In this document: positions 40,801 to 48,600 of the stretch, piece after piece | Layout: each line of letters starts with the position of its first letter | Position numbering within the stretch: position 1 is the first letter of the stretch | DNA from: a virus | Strand: one strand, 5' to 3' | Length of the DNA: 64,000 bases | Virus record (IMG/VR): IMGVR_UViG_3300042887_003609 | Coordinates: 10,485-74,484 of that record | The notes under the pieces: generated by a model | Seen by the model: only the letters and a program-made list of their open reading frames with translations | The model's database searches: none | What the model was told of the DNA's origin: nothing | Made by a program: the position numbers and the translations under genes

Positions 40801-41663
40801 TTTTCACCACCTGAAATGGTTGAATAACAACCTGAAGCAGTGTTTCTTTGTCCACCACTTACGGTAGCAAGAAATCCCGCTTTATTACAATATCCACCAG
40901 AAACCGTTGAAAGTAAATCTAATGCCGAATTACAAGCACCATTTCCAACAAAACTTGCCGTTCCAAGAGCGCAGTTATTTAAACCACCACCTATTGAAGC
41001 ATAAAGACCTATAGATTTATTTGCAGAACCTCCTAAAATTGAAGAGTAGCATCCCGATGAAATGTTATTTATACCCGCTCCTACAAATGCTCCATCACCA
41101 CTTGCACAGTTATTCTGACCACCAAGTACAGCAGAATAATTACCTAATGCCGTATTACCTACATCTGATCTTTGTGTAGAAAGTAAACCAAGACCTTCTT
41201 CATATACACCTCCACCACCAACAGTAGTCCATTCAGTTCCATCCCAACTGTTTATAATAAACTCATCAGTGTTATAAATCATTAAACCAATTGCAGGAGA
41301 TACAATAGCATCTCTTTGAGCAACGGTCATCTTTGGAAATAATACTCCTTTAGTTGTAGATGAAATTTCTAATATAGCAGATGCATCATTAGCTGAAGAA
41401 TCTCCAACTTTTAATGGACCTGAAATTGCTGTTTTGTCAATAGCTAAAAATAATTGTGCTAAATTTCCATCAGGATCCTCTAATGCTCTTAGAGTTGTAG
41501 ACATAGGACCAGAACCTGCTAACTGCAGATAGTCCCCGTAAATTGTTGAATTAATTGCATCAACTAAAGCATTCAAATGTCCAAACTTAACAGCACCTAA
41601 TTGGTCACCTTGTTTAAGATATGGATCTGGACTTTGAGGAATAAACCTTTGTAATTTTGCCAT
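37884..41663 (-). CDS. Gly/Asn/Cys-rich repeat fibre protein (beta-roll, YadA-head-like repeats)
   Basis: 1259 aa. About 15-aa repeats GGxxNxAxGxxSx[VI]; N-terminal SPD...KFGHLN module; SAILEISSTTKGVLFPKMT...GLMIYNTD fibre motif; C-terminal beta domain shared with the small paralogues. Confidence 0.8.
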   Translation of the reverse strand: MAKLQRFIPQSPDPYLKQGDQLGAVKFGHLNALVDAINSTIYGDYLQLAGSGPMSTTLRALEDPDGNLAQLFLAIDKTAISGPLKVGDSSANDASAILEISSTTKGVLFPKMTVAQRDAIVSPAIGLMIYNTDEFIINSWDGTEWTTVGGGGVYEEGLGLLSTQRSDVGNTALGNYSAVLGGQNNCASGDGAFVGAGINNISSGCYSSILGGSANKSIGLYASIGGGLNNCALGTASFVGNGACNSALDLLSTVSGGYCNKAGFLATVSGGQRNTASGCYSTISGGENMKATEWYSGIGAGHINCATGFASYLGGGEYNISQGNFGIVGGGQSNCATSTYSSVVGGCGNRATTYGSFIGGGNNNVASGAGSFIGGGSSNCASGSVSTISGGNSNSNSSLYGVIGGGSANSTSGNAATVAGGRINSASNLYAFVGGGRGNNASGCNSFIGSGSSNTASATRSFIGGGASNTASCTCSSILGGELNRALGSYSVVAGGFSNCACTSAFIGGGSNNLATGACSFVGSGCLNNASNSRAIVVGGSSNTASGYFSSILGGLSNSTTASYSTISGGRQNSASGYISIVVGGASNTASGNGSVVVGGNLNNASVLKSVVVGGTSNSASGQYSGIVAGNGNTSSGNYSFVGAGQTNLSSGRTSAIVGGQQNQATCNFTLVGGGQNNCATNVYSSVVGGCGNQATGYASFVGGGRGNCATTDCSVVVGGVCNVASGLGRAFVGGGQENGAGWLASVVGGFRNGATGVYSAVLGGDSNSVSGAYSALGSGKGNVVSGGSSFIGGGNNNSSIGDNTIIGGGRSNATCGIYSSIGGGERNRALGAYSSIAGGFSNCACISAFIGGGCNNLATGTSSFVGGGYENIACDLAATVGGGNNNCATQVFSTIGGGRNNKAIGLQSTVSGGQDNCATCHTAFVGGGANNSATGCRSAIVGGVYNTSSGVYSFVGGGYLNTAIGGYASIAGGTLNTANGNGSFSAGCNSRANARNSASFMGSLVSGNESASFGLENTVSSENSAAYGHNNTISSSGIRNFTLGFQNSIGCAANYAIAIGNGASAQANNSHSFGTNSTTRNVYSITFGLQSDTYLYGQIAHANGSLILNRGDSQASQLVSRRRSASVTTGTTLTLSLDGTGTTNLIIPEGSNRAWNVTVKWVAVVTAISGTATGVTVGDYMVETNTFGFKRVGGTSSITAIGTSGTQGDGSITGTALMTYTAGASQELSMVFTAPTYVGGGTLTMQVVAKVELTENSW

Positions 41664-41690
41664 GATATTATAATTTTTGAAGTAGTACTA

Positions 41691-41706
41691 CCTATATATA
41701 ATATAC
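41691..41706 (-). promoter_or_regulatory. Putative late promoter
   Basis: GTATATTATATATAGG upstream of the fibre gene. Confidence 0.5.
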
Positions 41707-41731
41707 TCCAAAAATTATAATATCGCAAAGA

Positions 41732-41932
41732 TTATTTCAGTCTGATGTATTTATACCATACTCGTTCATGTATATAGTATAATACCATTTTGGTAATTAG
41801 TTCTACCCCACCAATTTTTAATCCGGTAGACATGTTACCTGTAATAATATACCCTAAGAGAATAGTATCAATTGTGCCTACTATTCTCCAGGTAATTGTT
41901 TTTAATATATGTCTTAGTTTGTCACTACTCAT
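41732..41932 (-). CDS. DUF2061-family small membrane protein
   Basis: RHILKTITWRIVGTIDT...ELITKMVLYYIHERVW is the DUF2061 signature; the family is commonly found beside cysC/cysD. Confidence 0.85.
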   Translation of the reverse strand: MSSDKLRHILKTITWRIVGTIDTILLGYIITGNMSTGLKIGGVELITKMVLYYIHERVWYKYIRLK

Positions 41933-42276
41933 AAACCCATTTCTTTACGAATTTTTGTAGCAGATATTTCCTTAATATGATCAGGTACTTCTATTTGTTC
42001 TACCTTGTATCCTACATCTCTTCCATAGTACACACCTTCAATATCCGGAATAATCATTACTTTAACCTTATCTTCAGATATATAAGATTTAAGACTATCT
42101 TCAATCATTGCTTTAACTTGTTCTGCAGTGAATGGATTTTTTTCATCAGTAGGTACATCTCTAATTGCAATTAGAACCGGAAGTTTTTTTTCTTCTAATA
42201 GAGTATCTACAAGATACTTATGACCCCCATGAAAGATTTGGTATCTACCAATCATTAAACTATATTTATTCTTCAT
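41929..42276 (-). CDS. Small HIGH-superfamily nucleotidyltransferase, candidate minimal ATP sulfurylase
   Basis: GRYQIFHGGH (HxxH), NPFT, YYGRDVG and ISATKIR motifs; located in an operon with APS kinase and a sulfotransferase. Confidence 0.7.
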   Translation of the reverse strand: MKNKYSLMIGRYQIFHGGHKYLVDTLLEEKKLPVLIAIRDVPTDEKNPFTAEQVKAMIEDSLKSYISEDKVKVMIIPDIEGVYYGRDVGYKVEQIEVPDHIKEISATKIRKEMGL

Positions 42277-43027
42277 AATGCTTTTTATAAACCTTTGTAC
42301 AAATATCTATAAATTCTTCTTGAGTAAAAACATTTTTCATGATATTTATTTTTTTATGCACCCATTGTAAATTACCAATACTGTAACCTTGATCTGAATT
42401 GATTCTGTCAAGAGAAGCGTTACCAACACCAAATTTATTTTTAGTAACATTGCTAAATACTAAATCCATTCCAGACAAGGCGCATTTTTTATTTTGATTT
42501 AAATAAAGCTCTTCTAAATACTCAATATCAATATCAAAAATAATGTTTCTACTTAAAGCTCCTCTTTTTATTGCTGTAAAAAAAGTTAAAGCTATATGTT
42601 CAGTACCTTTCCAATTTTTGTGAAAATTTCGTTTAGCGTGATGAATACAACCACAAGAAGTAGTATCACCTATTCTTAATGCTTTAGTACTAACTACTTT
42701 ATCACTTCCACAATCACATTTACAATACCAAGCTTTTCTACCATTTCTAGATAACGTTTGAGAAATAACTGTTAGTTTTCCAAATTTTTGATTTATTAAA
42801 TTTACATTATTCACAACTAAACATCCACAACTTGCATATTTACTATTTAATAAATAATTTCTACTTACATACTTTTCATTTCCACAATCACATTTACATT
42901 TAATAAGAGTAATATTACTAACTTTTCCAGTTTTAGATGTTTGTTTACTACTTTTAAAATCATCTAAAACTAAAAGATTCCCAAATTTCTTACCAACAAT
43001 TGACTTATCAAATGGACGGTTTTTCAT
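42266..43027 (-). mobile_element. Free-standing HNH homing endonuclease gene
   Basis: Two KFGxLxV...CKCDCG repeats and a C-terminal KCALSG...ASLDRINSDQGY..GNLQWVHK.IN.MK HNH domain; overlaps both neighbouring genes. Confidence 0.85.
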
Positions 43028-43478
43028 TTGTGTTTTTTATTAAATTAATTACTTTATATACAGATGCTAATTCTGGTTCTTCTGATGTGTTAATTACTAA
43101 ATCAGCATCTTCCGGTACATCAAAATCTAAAACATGAAAGTTTTCTCTACCTCTAAGATCTGTAGCATGATAATGTAGATAAACCCATTTTACATTTTCA
43201 TTTAGTTTAGATAAATATTCTCTAGCTTCTTTATATGGATATACTAAAGTAACTATAACCAAATCTAATTCAAAAGATAAATAGTGAGCAATATCAGAAG
43301 CTGTTTTTAGATTACTAAGTCTTCCTTCCTTTGTATAACTTTTATTGTTAAACATTTGTCTTAGTATATCACCATCTATATGATCAAAGAGTAAACCCCG
43401 GTCATTTAAATCAGCTTTTAATAAATGAGCTATTGTTGACTTACCAGAATGGGGTTGTCCAAATAATACTAATATCAT
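43008..43478 (-). CDS. cysC: Adenylyl-sulfate (APS) kinase
   Basis: P-loop GQPHSGKST, IDGDILR, YTKEGRLSN, VTLVYPY..ARE and FDVP..ADLVINT. Confidence 0.85.
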   Translation of the reverse strand: MILVLFGQPHSGKSTIAHLLKADLNDRGLLFDHIDGDILRQMFNNKSYTKEGRLSNLKTASDIAHYLSFELDLVIVTLVYPYKEAREYLSKLNENVKWVYLHYHATDLRGRENFHVLDFDVPEDADLVINTSEEPELASVYKVINLIKNTNEKPSI

Positions 43479-44293
43479 TTTGTATATCTAAAATATTGAT
43501 TGTACCATTGGAAGTTATCCCAAATCCAGTTAGTAACATCTTTACCCAAAATAGTTTTAGCTTGAGAAGGTACAGGTTCTAATCTTGTTCTAATAACATG
43601 ATCACCATATATACCATATACACTATCATCTTCTTGAGTAATCTGAGGAATATTATCAAAGTCATGCTTATACTGAGGTACACCTAAGTACTCATATATC
43701 TTACGCATTTCTTCATCTGGATATAAACATAAATCTTCAAACTTTACAAAGTGGATATGCTTATCAATACCCTGTCTGATAATTTCATTTAACCTTTCAA
43801 CGGCCATTCCTACAGGTTGAGATGCTAACCAAGCATCAACTCTTTTAGGAGTTGTAGTACCTCTCATTTCAGCATGACTAACAATAGGATCAGTTTTATC
43901 TTGATTCTTTCTAAAGTTCTTTTCCATAGAAGCAATGATATCTCTCATATCTCTAACCATACAAATAATTTTTGGTTGTGGATAAAAGCTATTTAAAAAA
44001 TCATAGTGTATACCCCAGCCACGTGATTTATCTATAACATATTTTTTATCTGTAATAGAATTAAAGAATCCTTCTACACCTTCTTTACAAAAACCTAAGA
44101 AAGCATCTTTCATTAGTTGATGATCCTGAGCTTTAAACTCAGGAGAATCTGTATAGTTTGCTCTTGCTGCAAATACTAATTCTAAAACACCACTAGTAGG
44201 TGTTACATAAAAATCTGGGTTTTGACCAAGTATATTTTGTAATAATGTACTTCCACTTCTTGGTAAAGATGAGTTAAAAAATATTTTTTCCAT
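43475..44293 (-). CDS. PAPS-dependent sulfotransferase
   Basis: 5'-PSB loop SLPRSGSTLL, IDKSRGW, 3'-PB motif MVRDMRDIIAS and VKFEDL...IYEYLG. Confidence 0.9.
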   Translation of the reverse strand: MEKIFFNSSLPRSGSTLLQNILGQNPDFYVTPTSGVLELVFAARANYTDSPEFKAQDHQLMKDAFLGFCKEGVEGFFNSITDKKYVIDKSRGWGIHYDFLNSFYPQPKIICMVRDMRDIIASMEKNFRKNQDKTDPIVSHAEMRGTTTPKRVDAWLASQPVGMAVERLNEIIRQGIDKHIHFVKFEDLCLYPDEEMRKIYEYLGVPQYKHDFDNIPQITQEDDSVYGIYGDHVIRTRLEPVPSQAKTILGKDVTNWIWDNFQWYNQYFRYTK

Positions 44294-44294
44294 A

Positions 44295-45170
44295 TTAGAT
44301 TACTTCTAATGCTTTAATAATGTCTTGTGAATTAAAAATCTCTTTTTCACTATGATAAGGAAACTCTAATGGATCTCCAATGATATTGAATTTTCCTAAG
44401 TATGCATTTCTCAGTTCAGGTTTCTTTGTAAAAAGATTAGCTTCAATGTTAGTGTGAGTGTCATATCCAAATACACCTTTTTTATTAGCTACCCAACAAA
44501 CTACTGATGGTAATAATAGTGCAGCAGCAGCATGTTGTGCAAATGAATCAATTAATAATCTCTTATCACTCATCATTAATAATACACAAAGTGATCTAAA
44601 ATTATCAGATACTGTAATTGCATTTTTTAATTCCGGTTGATCTTCTCTACGGATATGTACAACATTATGTGTACCTTTAAAATGATCTACTACATCTTGT
44701 GCTACTGCATACGGCAGATCTCTAGCCCAAGAGTATTTTACTTCCTGGTTAGGAGCACCACCATTTGTTTGTAAAGTAAGAATAGGTTTATCAGATCTGT
44801 ATTTAGCTGAGAAAAATTCAAGTTCTCTTGCTGTTAGATATAATTTTGGATATTCACCATTATACTGATATCCAAACATTTTGCACCAGGTTTTTAATAA
44901 ATGCTCTGTACCTTGTATATGAGCTACCTCTAAATAAGGATTATGTGCATGTATAATACAATCTTTATCTTCTATAAACTCTTCATAAAAATAAGATTGT
45001 TGTCCAAATCCATATGATCTATCTACATTTGGATTGTTTAAAAAAACATCTGGATACCCAGATACTACAATTAATTTTGCTTCCGGGTGATGATTTTTAA
45101 TACATTCACATACTGCAGTGGCCATTATACACTTTCCAAGACCACCATCAATTTGAAATACTATATTCAT
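44295..45170 (-). CDS. GT-B glycosyltransferase (GT9/heptosyltransferase-like)
   Basis: GGLGKCIMAT...HPEAKLIVV...VFLNNPNV N-terminus and LLIDSFAQHAAAALLLPSVVCW donor-binding motif. Confidence 0.8.
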   Translation of the reverse strand: MNIVFQIDGGLGKCIMATAVCECIKNHHPEAKLIVVSGYPDVFLNNPNVDRSYGFGQQSYFYEEFIEDKDCIIHAHNPYLEVAHIQGTEHLLKTWCKMFGYQYNGEYPKLYLTARELEFFSAKYRSDKPILTLQTNGGAPNQEVKYSWARDLPYAVAQDVVDHFKGTHNVVHIRREDQPELKNAITVSDNFRSLCVLLMMSDKRLLIDSFAQHAAAALLLPSVVCWVANKKGVFGYDTHTNIEANLFTKKPELRNAYLGKFNIIGDPLEFPYHSEKEIFNSQDIIKALEVI

Positions 45171-45175
45171 AAAAG

Positions 45176-45183
45176 CAAATATA
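45176..45183 (-). promoter_or_regulatory. Bacteroidota sigmaA-type -7 promoter element (TAnnTTTG)
   Basis: TATATTTG, 5 nt upstream of the glycosyltransferase ATG; no clear -33 TTTG. Confidence 0.5.
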
Positions 45184-45185
45184 AT

Positions 45186-45217
45186 AAAAAAACCCTGAGA
45201 AATTAATCCCAGGGTTT
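45186..45217 (-). terminator. Intrinsic terminator
   Basis: AAACCCTG-GGATTAATTTCT-CAGGGTTT followed by a T-run on the minus strand. Confidence 0.8.
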
Positions 45218-45238
45218 AATTATTAATTTACTAACTAA

Positions 45239-45559
45239 TTAAGCGTTAGAAGATTCCAATGTAACGATAGTTACTGTACCTTCTCCAGTTACAGCTTCAA
45301 CAGCTACTTTAACCTTTTCGTGCATATCAGTAGCTAAGGTAGTACCCCAGAATTGCTCTGCTGTAACTTCTAAGCTTACACGTGAAGGAAGTTCCTGAAT
45401 GTTCAAAGGTGATTTTCCAGCTAAATAATCAGCTTCACTTTTGAAATAAGATACGTTAGTCCATGAATCATTTAAAAGATAAATGCTCAAGAATCCAAAA
45501 CACTCGCTAACCACAAACCCTTCCTGGGTTGTTAGTTCTTTTGATATTTTTACTGCCAT
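45239..45559 (-). CDS. Small, probably highly expressed fibre-associated protein
   Basis: 106 aa, with its own late motif and terminator; codon choice resembles the MCP gene. Confidence 0.6.
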   Translation of the reverse strand: MAVKISKELTTQEGFVVSECFGFLSIYLLNDSWTNVSYFKSEADYLAGKSPLNIQELPSRVSLEVTAEQFWGTTLATDMHEKVKVAVEAVTGEGTVTIVTLESSNA

Positions 45560-45584
45560 GATAAAAAATTTTAATAATTTTACT

Positions 45585-45601
45585 TACACTATTAATATAA
45601 C
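45585..45601 (-). promoter_or_regulatory. Putative late promoter
   Basis: GTTATATTAATAGTGTA. Confidence 0.6.
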
Positions 45602-45623
45602 AAATAATTCTTAATTAAAAAAA

Positions 45624-48600
45624 TTATGTAACAATTTTTAAAGTACCACCATCTGACCAAACTTCACCACTTGATAATCCAGCACTTGAAGTTGGAATAT
45701 TAGTGATTACAAGTTTATTTACGTGGAATGCACACTCTACGTTTGCATTTATTCCACAACCAACCACACTTGAGAAGTTAGCCGCAGCGGTATTACCTAC
45801 ACCACCGAGAACTACAGAATATAATGCAGATGCCGTGTTAACACAACCACCCACAACTACACCATAAGCACCTTGAGCAGTGTTGCACGCTCCACCACCG
45901 ACAAATCCACTACAACCATTAACGGTATTGCTAAATCCACCAAGTAATGAACCATAAGGGAATGAAACCACGTTTCCGCAACCTCCACCTAAAGTTCCAC
46001 AATCAGCCGTTACTTGATTTAAAATACCACCACCCAAGAACGCTCTTGTACCGTCTATGGTGTTTTGTCTACCTCCTCCCATGAAGGATTGGTTTTTATT
46101 ACCACCAATGATGTTTAGGAATCCACTACCAATTGAACTTTCTTGTGCAAATCCATTGATGCCGTTACATCCTCCACCGACAATAATATTTCCCGCACCA
46201 CATACGTAGTTTTGGTATCCACCAACTATTAACGCTCCTTGACCTACCAAGCAGTTGTTTCTACCACCACCTATAAATGATTCAACTCCCACAGCACAGT
46301 TAGAGAATCCACCCGCTACGGCTGAATAATTTCCTAATGCACGGTTGAGTTCTCCCCCACCTACTATTGAAGCACAAGCACACGCAATATTTCTAACCCC
46401 ACCAATAATAGATGAACTATAACCACTTGCTGTATTTCTACTACCACCCCCAACAGTTGCATCATTACGTGTAGCACAATTTGAATAACCACCGCTTACG
46501 GTAGTAGAATAATTGCTCGCAACATTTCCATATCCTCCACCTACGAATGCACGGAGAATACCGCTTGCTATATTTGAATTACCCCCACCAACAAAATTAT
46601 CTCCTCCACTTACCGTATTGTTTCCGCCTCCACCAATAAATCCTCTATATCCACTTACGGTATTACAACTTCCACCTACTAATGAAGAACAATTGCCACT
46701 TACTACGTTTCTACACCCACCACCAACAAAAGACCAACCACCCGTAGCACAGTTATTTTGTCCCGCAGTTACGGCACTATAAGAACCCGCTGCAATATTA
46801 TTTTCTCCACCACCTATAAATGATGTAGTTGCAATTGCTCTATTTAAATAACCACCACCAATAAAAGAATTTATTGCTGTTATACTGTTTCCATTACCCG
46901 AACCTATAAATGAGTATGCTCCGCTTGCACTAATAGAATTTATAAATCCTGCTCCTATTCCCGACCTATAAACAGGTGATGAAATGGTATTTGCAAATCC
47001 AGTTCCAATAAAATTATTTCCTCCACTAACAGAGTTTGCATATCCAGTAACAATAGCAGAACCAATACCACTTACATTGTTCCCGTCGCCACCTAAAACA
47101 GAAGATGAATTAGCACTTGAAGTGTTTCCAACACCCCCACCAACAAATGACCCATATCCCGTTGCCTTATTTCCACACCCTCCTACGACAGAAGAATAGA
47201 TAGAAGTAGCACAGTTAAACGCTCCTCCTACTACGGAGGAGTTATCACCAATAGCACAATTGCAAGTACCCGCTCCAACTAATGCCGCTATAGCACAAGA
47301 ACGATTTAATCGACCACCAACAACTACCGAACATTCTGACTCTGCTCTATTCAATGAGCCGCCTAAAACTGATGAAAAATTTGCAGTAGCACAATTTGAA
47401 GTGCCACCCACTACATTACTTGAATTACCAGTTGATTGGTTGCCATTCCCAAAAGCAACTGAACTAAAACCACTTGCAATAACAGTTGTACCAAAGGCAA
47501 CAGAACCATTATTTGTAGAACTATTACCAGTTCCACCTACCATAGAATCTTGACCCGAAGAAATATTACCGCATCCACCAATAACGACGGCTCTATTACC
47601 ACAAGCAATATTTCCTGTTCCCGCTCCTATAAAATTTCCAAAAAAGTTTGCAATATTATTGCTTCCACCACCAATAAAAGAACAAACTCCTTGACTACAA
47701 ATTAAATTATTTAATCCTCCTGCTATGTTTGAAAAACAATTACAAGCACAGTTATTAACACCACCACCAACAAAACTACCATACCCTAATGCCTTGTTTC
47801 CACACCCTCCTACGACAGAAGAATACACATTAGTAGCACAGTTAAACGCTCCACCTACTACTGATGACCATGAATTTGCGGCTTGGTTTCCAAAACCTCC
47901 ACCTACAGTTGCTCCAACGCCGAATGCTCCATTACCACATCCACCACCTATTACGGCATAACAAGTTGAATCACTTGTGTAGTTTCCACTACCACTACCC
48001 ATAAATGAATATGCACCCGCATTAACATTGTTTTGTCCTCCAACAACCGCTGAATAATATCTTGCTCCAATTCGGTTTCCTTCTCCACCTACTATGACTC
48101 CATATTGAGAAATATCTCTTACACAGTTATTAAATCCACCTCCAATAACCGCTCTGTAACCAAAACTACAATTTGAACATCCTCCGCCCATAAATGCTTG
48201 AGTTCCACTTGCTACGTTACTTGAACCTCCTCCTACTACGGATGCAGACCCACTTGCAGAATTTAAAATTCCACCCGCAACTACCGCATAATCTGTAGCA
48301 CAGTTTTGTTGACCTCCCGCAACGGTAGAAGAAATACCCGAAGCAAGGTTAAGAACACCACCACCTACGGTAGACCTTAAAGGACCTGATGCAGTATTAC
48401 TACACCCACCACCAATTGTTGATTCACATCCACTTGCAATGTTTAATGTTCCTCCACCAACTGCTGAATAGTTACCTCCTGCACGATTACATAGACCTCC
48501 TAAAATAGACGAATATTGATTACATGATAAGTTGTATCTACCTGCTCCAATCATAGAAAAATAATTGGATGCAGTGTTAAATTGTCCACCACCAATGGTC

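Noticed and set aside
42266-43027. HNH as part of a group I intron splitting a cysC-nucleotidyltransferase fusion
   Set aside because: There is no non-coding space for a ribozyme core, and both flanking genes have their own start and stop codons.
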